Shown here: in pieces, positions 1 through 13,147 of the stretch
Numbering within the stretch: the stretch's first letter is position 1
Layout: each line of letters opens with the position of its first letter
From: Antedon mediterranea
Lineage: Eukaryota; Animalia; Echinodermata
Direction of reading: 5' to 3'
DNA length: 64,000 nucleotides
Assembly: GCF_964355755.1 (NCBI RefSeq)
Contig: NC_092671.1
Coordinates: forward strand, 21,219,217-21,283,216
Translations under genes and position numbers: made by a program
The notes under the pieces: model-generated
What the model was told of the DNA's origin: nothing
Seen by the model: the letters and a program-made list of their open reading frames with translations, nothing else
The model's database searches: none

Positions 1-1239
1 TCTCTGTCGCTGATCTATCTCTCTGTCGCTGATCTATCTCTCTGTCGCTGATCTATCTCTCTGTCGCTGATCTATCTCTCTCTCGCTGATCTATCTCTCT
101 CTCGCTGATCTATCTCTCTCTCGTTGATCTATCTCTCTCTCGCTGATCTATCTCTTTCTGATCTATCTCTATCGGTGAGCTATCTCTCTCTCTCTCGCTG
201 ATCTATCTCTTTCTCTCTCTCGCTGATCTCTCTCTCTCTCTCTCTCTCGCTGATCTATTTCTCTCTCTCGCTGATCTATCTCTCTCTCGCTGATCTATCT
301 CTCTCTCTCGCTGATCTATCTCTCTCTCTTGTTGATCTATCTCTCTCTCTCGCTGATCTATCTCTCTCTCGCTGATCTATCTCTCTCTCTCACTGATCTA
401 TCTCTCTCTCTCGCTGATCTATCTCTCTCTCGCTGATCTATATCTCTCTCACTGATCTATCTCTCTCTCGCTGATCTATCTCTCTCTCGCTGATCTATCT
501 ATCTATCTCTCGCTGATCTATCTCTCTCTCGCTGATTTATCTATCTCTCTCTCGCTGATCTATCTCTCTCTCGCTGATCTATCTATCTCTCTCACGCTGA
601 TCTATCTCTCTCTCGCTGACCTATCTATATCTCTCTCGCTGATCTATCTATATCTCTTTCTCGCTGATCTATCTCTCTCGCTGATCTATCTCTCTCTAAC
701 TGATCTATCTCTCTCTCGCTGATCTATCTCTCTCTCGCTGATCTATCTCTCTCTCGCTGATCTATCTCTCGCTTGCTGATCTATCTCTCTCTCGCTGATC
801 TATCGGTGTCTCGCTGATCTATCTCTCTCTCGCTGATCTATCTCTCTCTCGCTGATCTATCTGTGTCTCGCTGATCTATCTCTCTCTCTCGCTGATCTAC
901 CTCTCTCTCGCTGATCTATATCTCTCTCACTGATCTATGTCTCTCTCTCGCTGATCTATCTCTCCCTCGCTGATCTATCTATCTCTCTCTCGCTGATCTA
1001 TCTTTCTTTCGCTGATCTATTTATCTCTCGCTGATCTATCTCTCTCTCACTGATCTATCTCTCTCTCGCTGATCTATCTCTCTCCCGCTGATCTATCTCT
1101 CTCTCTCTCGCTGATCTATCTCTCTCTCGCTGATCTATCTCTTTCTCGCTGATGTATCTCTCTCTCTCGCTGATCCATCTCTCTCTCTCTCGCTGATCTA
1201 TCTCTCTCTTGCTGATCTATCTCTCTCTCTCGCTGATCT

Positions 1240-1909
1240 ATCTCTCTCTGGCTGATCTATCTCTCTTTCACGCTGATCTGTCTCTCTCTCGCTGATATAT
1301 CTCTCTCTCGATGATCTATCTCTCTCTCGCTGATCCATCTCTCTCTCGCTGATCTATCTCTCTCTCGCTGATCTATCTGTCTCTCGCTGATCTATCTCTC
1401 ACTCGCTGATCTATCTTTCTCTCGCTGATCTATCTCTCTCTCACTGATCTATCTCTCTCTCTCGCTGATCTATCTCTCTCTCGCTGATCTATCTCTCTCT
1501 CTCTCGCTGATCTATCTCTCTCTCACGCTGATCTATCTCTCTCTCGCTGATCTATCTCTCTCTCGCTGATCTATCTCTCTCTCACGCTGATCTATCTCTC
1601 TCTCGCTGTTCTATCTCTTTCTCGCTGATCTATCTCTCTCTCTCGCTGATCCATCTCTCTCTCGCTGATCTATCTATCTCTCGCTGATCTATCGGTCTCT
1701 CGCTGATCTATCTCTCTCTCGCTGATCTATCTTTCTCTCGCTAATCTATCTCTCTCTCTCGCTGATCTATCTCTCTCTCTCGCTGATCTATCTCTCTCTG
1801 GCTGATCTATCTCTCTCTCTCTCTCTCTTTCTCGCTAATCTATCTGTCTCTCTCTCGCTGATCTATCTCTCTATCTCGCTGATCTATCTCTCTCTCTCTC
1901 TCTCGCTGA

Positions 1910-1974
<65 letters not shown>

Positions 1975-1975
1975 T
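1240..1975 (+). repeat. Dispersed duplicate block, copy 1 (copy 2 at ~4490-5300, offset ~3250 bp)
   Basis: Shared ordered variants: TGGCTGA...TTTCACGCTGATCTGTC (~1249 vs ~4501), CGATGATC, ATCGGTCTCT (1691 vs 4941) and GCTAATC. Both copies end in a long (TC) tract. Confidence 0.85.
1914..1969 (+). repeat. (TC)28 microsatellite expansion within a monomer
   Basis: Uninterrupted TC run counted directly. Confidence 0.95.
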
Positions 1976-3074
1976 CTATATCTCTCTCGCTGATCTATCT
2001 CTCTCTCTCTCGCTGATCTATCTCTCTCTCTCACTGATCTATCTCTCTCTCTCTCGCTGATCTATCTCTCTCTCTCTCGCTGATCTATCTCTCTCTCGCT
2101 GATTTATCTCTCTCTCGCTGATCTATCTCTCTCTCGCTGATCTATCTCTCTCTCGCTGATCTATCCTCTCTCGCTGATCTATCTCTCTCTCGCTGATCTA
2201 TCTCTCTCTCGCTGATCTATTTATCTCTCGCTGATCTATCTCTCTCTCACTGATCTCTCTCTCTCTCGCTGATCTATCTATCTCTCGCTGATCTCTCTCT
2301 CTCTCGCTGATCCATCTCTTTCTCGCTGATCTATCTCTCTCTCGCTGATCTATGTCTCTCTCTCGCTGATCTATCTCTCTCTCGCTGATCTATCTCTGTC
2401 TCTCGCTGATCTATCTGTCTCTCGCTGATCTATCTCTCTCTCGCTGATCTATCTCTCTCTCGCTGACCTCTCTCTCTCTATCGCTGTACTATCTCTCTCT
2501 CGCTGATCTATCTCTCTCTCTCGCTGATCTATCTCTCTCTCTCGCAGATCTATCTCTCTCTCTCGCTGATCTATCTCTCTCTCGCTCTCGCTGATCTATC
2601 TCTCTCTCGCTGATCTATCTCTCTCTCGCTGATCTATCTGTTTCTCGCTGATCTATCTCTCTCTCTCTCTCTGATCTATCTCTTTCTCTCGCTGATCTAT
2701 CTCTCTCTCGCTGATCCATCTCTCTCTCTCTCGCTGATCTATCTCTCTCTTTCTCTCTCGCTGATCTATCTCTCTCTCTCTCTCGCTGATCTATCTCTCT
2801 CTCGCTGATCTATCTCTCTCTCTTGCTGATCTATCTCTCTCTCTCGCCGATCTATCTCTCTCTCTCGCTGATCTATCTCTCTTTCGCTGATCTATCTCTC
2901 TCTTGGTGATCATACCTCTCTCTCTCGATGATCTATCTCTCTCTCGCTGATCTATCTCTCTCTCGCTGATCTATCTCTCTCTCGCTGATCTATCTCTCTC
3001 TCTGGCTGATCTATCTCTCTATCGCTGAACTATCTCTCTCTCTCTCTCTCCCTGATCTATCTCTCTTTCTCGCT

Positions 3075-3113
<39 letters not shown>

Positions 3114-3879
3114 TCTATCTCTCTCTCGCTGATCTATCTCTCTCGCTGATCTATCTCTGTCTCTCTCTCTCGCTGATCTATCTCTTTCTCTCGCTGATCT
3201 ATCTATCTCTATCGCTGATCAATCTCTCTCTCGCTGATCTATCTCTCTCTCTGATCTATCTCTCTCTTGCTGATCTATCTCTCTCTCTCTGATCTATCTC
3301 TCTCTCGCTGATCTATCTCTCTCTCTCTCTCTCTCGCTGATCTATCTCTCTCTCGCTGATCTATCTCTCTCTCGCTGATCTATCTCTCTCTCTCGCTGAT
3401 CTATCTATCTCTCGCTGATCTATCTCTCTCTCGCTGATCTATCTCTCTCTCGCTGATCTATCTATCTCTCTCTCGCTGATCTATCTCTCTTTCTCTCTCT
3501 CTCGCTGATCTATCTCCATCTCGCTGATCTATCTCTCTCTCGCTGATCTATCTCTTTTTCGCTGATCTATCTCTCTCGCTGATCTATCTCTCTCTCGCTG
3601 ATCTATCTCTCTCTCGCTGATCTATCTCTCTCTCTCTCTCGCTGATCTATCTCTCTCTCTCTCGCTGATCTCTCTCTCTCTCGCTGATCTATCTCTCTCT
3701 CTCTCGCTGATCTATCTCTCTCTCTCGCTGATCTATCTCTCTCTATCGCTGATCTATCTCTTTCTCTCTCGCTGATCTATCCTCTATCGCTGATGTATCT
3801 CTCTCTCGCTGATCTATCTCTCTCTCGCTTATCTATTTATCTCTCGCTGATCTATCTCTCTCTCGCTGATCTCTCTCTA

Positions 3880-4610
3880 TCTCGCTGATCTATCTATCTC
3901 TCGCTGATCTCTCTCTCTCTCGCCGATCCATCTCTCTCTCGCTGATCTATCTCTTTCTCGCTGATCTATCTCTCTCCCTCTCGCTGATCTATCTCTCTCT
4001 CGCTGATCTATCTCTGTCTCTCGCTGATCTATCTGTCTCTCTCTGATCTATCTCTCTCTCTCGCTGATCTATCTCTCTCTCTCTCGCTGATCTATCTCTC
4101 TCTTGCTGATCTATCTCTCTCTCTCGCTGATCTATCTCTCTCTGGCTGATCTATCTCTCTTTCACGCTGATCTGTCTCTCTCTCGCTGATATATCTCTCT
4201 CTCGATGATCTATCTCTCTCTCGCTGATCCATCTCTCTCTCGCTGATCTATCTATCTCTCGCTGATCTCTCTCTCTCTCGCCGATCCATCTCTCTCTCGC
4301 TGATCTATCTCTTTCTCGCTGATCTATCTCTCTCCCTCTCACTGATCTATCTCTCTCTCGCTGATCTATCTCTGTCTCTCGCTGATCTATCTGTCTCTCT
4401 CTGATCTATCTCTCTCTCTCGCTGATCTATCTCTCTCTCTCTCGCTGATCTATCTCTCTCTTACTGATCTATCTCTCTCTCTCGCTGATCTATCTCTCTC
4501 TGGCTGATCTATCTCTCTTTCACGCTGATCTGTCTCTCTCTCGCTGATATATCTCTCTCTCGATGATCTATCTCTCTCTCGCTGATCCATCTCTCTCTCG
4601 CTGATCTATC
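3880..4610 (+). repeat. Tandem duplication, ~357 bp period
   Basis: CGCCGATCCA at ~3921 and ~4279; TGGCTGATCTATCTCTCTTTCACG at ~4144 and ~4501. Confidence 0.85.
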
Positions 4611-5165
4611 TCTCTCTCGCTGATCTATCTCTCTCTCGCTGATCTATCTCTCACTCGCTGATCTATCTTTCTCTCGCTGATCTATCTCTCTCTCACTGAT
4701 CTATCTCTCTCTCGCTGATCTATCTCTCTCTCGCTGATCTATCTCTCTCTCTCTCGCTGATCTATCTCTCTCTCACGCTGATCTATCTCTCTCTCGCTGA
4801 TCTATCTCTCTCTCGCTGATCTATCTCTCTCTCACGCTGATCTATCTCTCTCTCGCTGATCTATCTCTCTCTCGCTGATCTATCTCTCTCTCTCGCTGAT
4901 CCATCTCTCTCTCGCTGATCTATCTATCTCTCGCTGATCTATCGGTCTCTCGCTGATCTATCTCTCTCTCGCTGATCTATCTTTCTCTCGCTAATCTATC
5001 TCTCTCTCTCTCGCTGATCTATCTCTCTCTCTCGCTGATCTATCTCTCTCTGGCTGATCTATCTCTCTCTCTCTCTCTCTCTCGCTAATCTATCTGTCTC
5101 TCTCTCGCTGATCTATCTCTCTATCTCGCTGATCTATCTCTCTCTCTCTCTCGCTGATCTATCTA

Positions 5166-5299
<134 letters not shown>

Positions 5300-5969
5300 T
5301 CTATCTCTCTCTCGCTGATCTATCTCTCTCTCGCTGATCTATCTCTCTCTCTCGGTGATCTATCTCTCTCTCGCTGATCTATCTCTCTCTCGCAGATCTA
5401 TCTCTCTCTCGCTGATCTATCTCTCTCTCGCTGATCCATCTCCCTCTCGCTGATCTATCTCTCTCTCTTGCTGATCTATCTCTGTCTCTCGCTGATCTAT
5501 CTCTGTCTCTCGCTGATCTATCTCTGTCTCTCGCTGATCTATCTCTCTCTCGCTGATCTCTCTCTCTCTCTCTCTCGCTGATCTATCTCTCTCTCTCGCT
5601 GATCTCTCTCTCTCGCTGATCTATCTCTCTCTCGCTGATCTATCTCTCTCGCTAATCTATCTCTCTCTCGCTGATATATATCTCTCTCTCGCTGATATAT
5701 CTCTCTCTCTCGCTGACCTATCTCTCTCTCGCTGATCTATATATCTCTCTCTCTCTCGCTGATCTATCTCTCTCTCTCCTGCTGATCTATCTCTCTCTCG
5801 CTGATCTATCTCTCTCTCGCTGATATATATCTCTCTCTCGCTGATCTATCTCTCTCTCGCTGATCTATCTCTCTCTCGCTGATCTATCTCTCTCTCGCTG
5901 ATCTATCTCCTACTCCCTGATCTATCTCTCTCTCGCTGATCTATCTCTCTCTCGCTGATCTATCTCTCT

Positions 5970-8900
5970 CTCTCTTGCTGATCTATCTCTGTCTCTCGCT
6001 GATCTATCTCTGTCTCTCGCTGATCTATCTCTGTCTCTCGCTGATCTATCTCGCTCTCACTGATCTCTCTCTCTCTCGCTGTTCTATCTCTCTCTCGCAG
6101 ATCTATCTCTCTCTCGCTGATCTATCACTCTCTCGCTGATCTCTCTTTCTCTCGCTGATCTATCTCTCTCTCTCTCTCGCTGATCTATCTCTCTCTCTCT
6201 CGCTGATCTATCTCTCTCTCTCGCTGATCTATCTCTCTCTCGCTGATCTATCTCTCTCTCGCTGATCTATCTATCTCTCGCTGATATATCTCTCTCTCGC
6301 TGATCTATCTCTCTCTCGCTGATCTCTCTCGCTGATCTATCTTTTTCTCGCTGATATATCTCTCTCGCTGATCTATCTGTCTCTCGCTGATCTATCTGTC
6401 TCTCACTGATCTATCTCTCTCTCGCTGATCCATCTCTCTCTCGCTGATCTATCTCTCTCTCGCTGATCTATCTCTCTCTCGCTGATCTATCTCTCTCTCT
6501 CTCGCTGATCTATCTCTCTCTCTCTCTCGCTGATCTATCTCTCTCTAGCTGATCTATCTCTCTCTCGCTGATCTATCTCTCTCGCTGATATATATATCTC
6601 TCTCGCTGATCTATCTCTCTCTCGCTGATCTATCTCTCCCTCGCTGATCTATCTCTCTCCCGCTGATCTATCTCTCTCTCGCTGATCTATCTCTCTCTCG
6701 CTGATCTATCTTACTCTCGTTGATCTATCTCTCTCGCTGATCTCTCTCGCTGATCTATATCTCTCTCGCTGATCTATCTCTATCTCGCTGATCTATCTCT
6801 ATCTCGCTGATCTATCTCTCTCTCGCTGATCTATCTGTCTCTCGCTGATCTATCTCTCTCTCGCTGATCTATCTGTCTCTCGCTGATCTATCTCTCTCTC
6901 GCTGTTCTATCTGTCTATCTCGCTGATCTATCTCTCTTTCTCTCGCTTATCTATCTCTCTTTCTCGCTGATCTATCTCTCTTTCACTGATCTATCTCTCT
7001 CTCGCTGATCTATCTCTCTCTCGCTGATCTATCTCTTTCTTGCTGATCTATCTCTCTCTCTCGCTGATCTATCTCTCTCTCTCTCTCGCTGATATATCTC
7101 TCTCTCGCTGATCTATCTCTCTCTCTCGCTGATCTATCTCTCTCTCTCGCTGATCTATCTCTCTCTCGCTGATCTATCTCTCTCGCTGATCTATCTCTCT
7201 CTCGCTGATCTTTCTCTCTCGCTGATCAATCTCTCGCTGATCTATCTCTCTCTCTCTCGCTGATCTATCTCTCTCTCGTTGATCTATCTCTCTCTCTCTC
7301 TCTCTCGCTGATCTATCTCTCTCTCGCTGATCTATCTCTCTCTCGCTGATCTATCTATCTCTCGCTGATCTACCTCTCTCTCGCTGATCTATCTCTCTCT
7401 CGCTGATCTCTCTCGCTGATCTATCTTTCTCTCGCTGATCTATCTCTCTCGCGCTGATCTAGCTGTCTCTCGCTGATCTATCTGTCTCTCGCTGATCTAT
7501 CTCTCTCTCGCTGATCCATCTCTCTCGCTGATCTATCTCTCTCTCTCGCTGATCTATCTCTCTCTCGCTGATCTATCTCTCTCTCCCTGATCTATCTCTC
7601 TCTCGCTGATCTATCTCTCTCTCTCTCGCTGATCTATCTCTCTCTCTCTTGATGATATATCTCTGTCTCTCGCTGATCTATCTCTGTCTCTCGCTGATCT
7701 ATCTCGCTCTCACTGATCTCTCTCTCTCGCTGTTCTATCTCTCTCTCGCAGATCTATCTCTCTCTCGCTGATCTATCACTCTCTCGCTGATCTCTCTTTC
7801 TCTCGCTGATCTATCTTTCTCTCTCTCTCGCTGATCTATCTCTCTCTCTCTCGCTGATCTATCTATTTCTCTCGCTGATCTATCTCTCTCTCGCTGATCT
7901 ATCTCTCTCTCGCTGATCTATCTCTCTCTCGCTGATCTATCTATCTCTCGCTGATATATCTCTCTCTCGCTGATCTATCTCTCTCTCGCTGATCTCTCTC
8001 GCTGATCTATCTTTTTCTCGCTGATCTATCTCTCTCGCTGATCTATCTGTCTCTCGCTGATCTATCTGTCTCTCACTGATCTATCTCTCTCTCGCTGATC
8101 CATCTCTCTCTCGCTGATCTATCTCTCTCTCGCTGATCTATCTGTCTCTCGCTGATCTATCTCTCTCTCGCTGATCTATCTGTCTATCTCGCTGATCTAT
8201 CTCTCTTTATCTCGCTTATCTATCTCTCTTTCTCGCTGATCTATCTCTCTTTCGCTGATCTATCTCTCTCTCGCTGATCTATCTCTCTCTCGCTGATCTA
8301 TCTCTTTCTTGCTGATCTATCTCTCTCTCTCGCTGATCTATCTCTCTCTCTCTCTCGCTGATATATCTCTCTCTCGCTGATCTATCTCTCTCTCTCGCTG
8401 ATCTATCTCTCTCTCTCGCTGATCTATCTCTCTCTCGCTGATCTATCTCTCTCTCGCTGATCTATCTCTCTCTCGCTGATCTTTCTCTCTCGCTGATCAA
8501 TCTCTCGCTGATCTATCTCTCTCTCTCGCTGATCTATCTCTCTCTCTCGCTGATCTATCTCTCTCTCGTTGATCTATCTCTCTCTCTCTCGCTGATCTAT
8601 CTCTCTCTCGCTGATCTATCTCTCTCTCGCTGATCTATCTATCTCTCGCTGATCTACCTCTCTCTCGCTGATCTATCTCTCTCTCGCTGATCTCTCTCGC
8701 TGATCTATCTTTCTCTCGCTGATCTATCTCTCTCTCGCTGATCTAGCTGTCTCTCGCTGATCTATCTGTCTCTCGCTGATCTATCTCTCTCTCGCTGATC
8801 CATCTCTCTCGCTGATCTATCTCTCTCTCCCTGATCTATCTCTCTCTCGCTGATCTATCTCTCTCTCTCTCGCAGATCTATCTCTCTCTCTCTCTTGATG

Positions 8901-11090
8901 ATATATCTCTGTCTCTCGCTGATCTATCTCTGTCTCTCGCTGATCTATCTCGCTCTCACTGATCTCTCTCTCTCTCGCTGTTCTATCTCTCTCTCGCAGA
9001 TCTATCTCTCTCTCGCTGATCTATCACTCTCTCGCTGATCTCTCTTTCTCTCGCTGATCTATCTCTCTCTCTCTCTCGCTGATCTATCTCTCTCTCTCTC
9101 TCGCTGATCTATCTCTCTCTCTCGCTGATCTATTTCTCTCTCGCTGATCTATCTCTCTCTCGCTGATCTATCTCTCTCTCGCTGATCTATCTATCTCTCG
9201 CTGATATATCTCTCTCTCGCTGATCTATCTCTCTCTCGCTGATCTCTCTCGCTGATCTATCTTTTTCTCGCTGATATATCTCTCTCGCTGATCTATCTGT
9301 CTCTCGCTGATCTATCTGTCTCTCACTGATCTATCTCTCTCTCGCTGATCCATCTCTCTCTCGCTGATCTATCTCTCTCTCGCTGATCTATCTCTCTCTC
9401 GCTGATCTATCTCTCTCTCTCGCTGATCTATCTCTCTCTCTCTCGCTGATCTATCTCTCTCTAGCTGATCTATCTCTCTCTCGCTGATCTATCTCTCTCG
9501 CTGATATATATATCTCTCTCGCTGATCTATCTCTCTCTCGCTGATCTATCTCTCCCTCGCTGATCTATCTCTCTCCCGCTGATCTATCTCTCTCTCGCTG
9601 ATCTATCTCTCTCTCGCTGATCTATCTTACTCTCGTTGATCTATCTCTCTCGCTGATCTCTCTCGCTGATCTATATCTCTCTCGCTGATCTATCTCTATC
9701 TCGCTGATCTATCTCTATCTCGCTGATCTATCTCTCTCTCGCTGATCTATCTGTCTCTCGCTGATCTATCTCTCTCTCGCTGATCTATCTGTCTCTCGCT
9801 GATCTATCTCTCTCTCGCTGATCTATCTGTCTATCTCGCTGATCTATCTCTCTTTCTCTCGCTTATCTATCTCTCTTTCTCGCTGATCTATCTCTCTTTC
9901 GCTGATCTATCTCTCTCTCGCTGATCTATCTCTCTCTCGCTGATCTATCTCTTTCTTGCTGATCTATCTCTCTCTCTCGCTGATCTATCTCTCTCTCTCT
10001 CTCTCTCTCTCGCTGATATATCTCTCTCTCGCTGATCTATCTCTCTCTCTCGCTGATCTATCTCTCTCTCTCGCTGATCTATCTCTCTCTCGCTGATCTA
10101 TCTCTCTCGCTGATCTATCTCTCTCTCGCTGATCTTTCTCTCTCGCTGATCAATCTCTCGCTGATCTATCTCTCTCTCTCTCGCTGATCTATCTCTCTCT
10201 CTCTCGCTGATCTATCTCTCTCTCGTTGATCTATCTCTCTCTCTCTCGCTGATCTATCTCTCTCTCGCTGATCTATCTCTCTCTCGCTGATCTATCTATC
10301 TCTCGCTGATCTACCTCTCTCTCGCTGATCTATCTCTCTCTCGCTGATCTCTCTCGCTGATCTATCTTTCTCTCGCTGATCTATCTCTCTCGCGCTGATC
10401 TAGCTGTCTCTCGCTGATCTATCTGTCTCTCGCTGATCTATCTCTCTCTCGCTGATCCATCTCTCTCGCTGATCTATCTCTCTCTCTCGCTGATCTATCT
10501 CTCTCTCGCTGATCTATCTCTCTCTCCCTGATCTATCTCTCTCTCGCTGATCTATCTCTCTCTCTCTCGCTGATCTATCTCTCTCTCTCTTGATGATATA
10601 TCTCTGTCTCTCGCTGATCTATCTCTGTCTCTCGCTGATCTATCTCGCTCTCACTGATCTCTCTCTCTCGCTGTTCTATCTCTCTCTCGCAGATCTATCT
10701 CTCTCTCGCTGATCTATCACTCTCTCGCTGATCTCTCTTTCTCTCGCTGATCTATCTTTCTCTCTCTCTCGCTGATCTATCTCTCTCTCTCTCGCTGATC
10801 TATCTATTTCTCTCGCTGATCTATCTCTCTCTCGCTGATCTATCTCTCTCTCGCTGATCTATCTCTCTCTCGCTGATCTATCTATCTCTCGCTGATATAT
10901 CTCTCTCTCGCTGATCTATCTCTCTCTCGCTGATCTCTCTCGCTGATCTATCTTTTTCTCGCTGATCTATCTCTCTCGCTGATCTATCTGTCTCTCGCTG
11001 ATCTATCTGTCTCTCACTGATCTATCTCTCTCTCGCTGATCCATCTCTCTCTCGCTGATCTATCTCTCTCTCGCTGATCTATCTCTCTCT
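5970..11090 (+). repeat. Higher-order repeat: ~2.92-2.94 kb period with an internal ~1.25 kb related subunit (A-B-A'-partial B')
   Basis: CTAGCTGATC ~6545/9461; TTACTCTCGTTG ~6711/9627; GCGCTGATCTAGCTGT ~7451/10392; GCTGTTCTA near 6080, 7730, 8980, 10670; TGATGATATAT near 7650, 8897, 10591. Confidence 0.88.
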
Positions 11091-11922
11091 CGCTGATATA
11101 TATCTCTCTCTCTCGCTGATCTATCACTCTCTCGCTGATCTATCTCTCTCTCGCTGATATATCTCTTTCTCTCGCTTATCTATCTCTGTCTCTCTCGCTG
11201 ATCTAACTCTCTCTCTCTCGCTGATCCATCTCTCTCTCTCTCTCTCGCTAATCTATCTCTCTCTCTCTCGCTGATCTATCTCTTTCTCTCTCGCTGATCT
11301 ATCTCTCTCTCTCGCTGATCTATCTCTCTCTCGCTGATCTATCTGTCTCTCTCACTGATCTGTCTCTCTTTCTCTCGCTTATCTATCTCTATCTCTCGCT
11401 GATCTATCTCTCTCGCTGATATATCTCTCTCTTGCTGATCTATCTCTCTCTCGCTGATCTATCTCTTTCTCGCTGATCTATCTCTCTCTCGGTTATCTAT
11501 CTCTCTCTCTCTCGCTCTCGCTGATCTATCTCTCTCCCTGATCTATCTCTCTCTCTCGCTGATCTATCTCTCACTCGCTGATCTATCTCTCTCTCGCTGA
11601 TCTATCTCTGTCTGTCGCTGATCTATCTCTGTCTCTCGCTGATCAATCTCTGTCTCTCGCTGATCTATCTCTCTCTCGCGGATCTATCTCTCTCTCGCTG
11701 ATCTATCTCTCTCTCTCTCTCGCTGATCTATCTCTCTCTTGCTGATCTATCTCTCTCTCACTGATCTATCTCTCTCGCTGATCTATCTCTCTCTCGCTGA
11801 TATATATCTCTCTCTCGCTGATCTATCTCTCTCTCGCTGATCTATCTATTTCTCGCTGATCTATCTCTCTCTCTCGCTGATCTCTCTCTCTCTCTCTCGC
11901 TGATCTATCTCTCTCTCGCTGA

Positions 11923-11955
<33 letters not shown>

Positions 11956-12949
11956 TCTATCTCTCTCTCGCTGATCTATCTCTCTCTCGCTGATCTATCT
12001 CTCTCTCGCTGATCTATCTCTCTCTCTCGCTGATCTATCTCTCTCTCGCTGATCTATCTCTCTCTCGCAGATCTATCTCTCTCTCGCTGATCTATCTCTC
12101 TCTCGCTGATTCATCCCCCTCTCGCTGATCTATCTCTCTCTCTTGCTGATCTATCTCTGTCTCTCGCTGATCTATCTCTGTCTCTCGCTGATCTATCTCT
12201 CTCTCTCGCTGATCTATCTCTCTCTCGCTGATCTCTCTCTCTCTCTCTCTCTCGCTGATCTATCTCTCTCTCTCGCTGATCTCTCTCTCTCGCTGATCTA
12301 TCTCTCTCTCGCTGATCTATCTCTCTCGCTGATCTATCTCTCTCTCGCTGATATATATCTCTCTCTCGCTTATATATCTCTCTCTCTCGCTGATCTATCT
12401 CTCTCTCGCTGATCTATATCTCTCTCTCTCGCTGATCTATCTCTCTCTCTCCTGCTGATCTATCTCTCTCTCGCTGATCTATCTCTCTCTCGCTGATATA
12501 TATCTCTCTCTCGCTGATCTATCTCTCTTTCGCTGATCTATCTCTCTCTCGCTGATCTATCTCTCTCTCGCTGATCTATCTCCTACTCCCTGATCTATCT
12601 CTCTCTAGCTGATCTATCTCTCTCGCTGATCTATCTCTCTCTCGCTGATCTATCTCTCTCTCGCAGATCTATCTCTCTCTCGCTGAACTATCTCTCTCAC
12701 GCTGATCTATCTCTCTCTCGCTGATCTATCTCTCTCTCGCTGATCTATCTCTCTCTCGCTGATCTATCTCTCTCTCGCTGATCTATCTCTCTCTCGCTGA
12801 TCTATCTCTCTCTCGCTGATCTATCTCTCTCTCGCTGATCTATCTCTCTCTCGCTGATCTATCTCTCTCTCGCTGATCTCTCTCGCTGATCTATCTCTCT
12901 CTCTCGCTGATCTATCTCTCTCTCGCTGATCTATCTCTCTCCCGCTGAT

Positions 12950-13108
12950 CTATCTCTCTCTCTCTCGCTGATCTATCTCTCTCTCGCTGATATATCTCTC
13001 TCTCGCTGATATTTTTCTGTCTCTCGCTGATCTATCTCTCTCTCGCTGATATATATCTCTCTCTCGCTGATCTATCTCTCTCTCGCTGATCTATCTCTCT
13101 CTCGCTGA

Positions 13109-13147
<39 letters not shown>

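Noticed and set aside
1840-2034. Minus-strand ORFs rich in RE/RD (1840-2034, 4151-4342, 46318-46524)
   Set aside because: These are translations of (GA)n and GATAGATCAGC. They are short and low-complexity, and stay open only where monomer lengths or variants skip the TAG present in each unit. There is no gene context.
12143-12412. Plus-strand ORF 'family' starting MLIYLCLSLIYLCLS (12143, 54944, 59573, 60942), superficially like hydrophobic or signal peptides
   Set aside because: They begin at a TTG created by the CG>TG variant in the recurring cassette and stay open because several 21-bp (in-frame) monomers follow. The shared N-termini reflect satellite duplication, not coding conservation.
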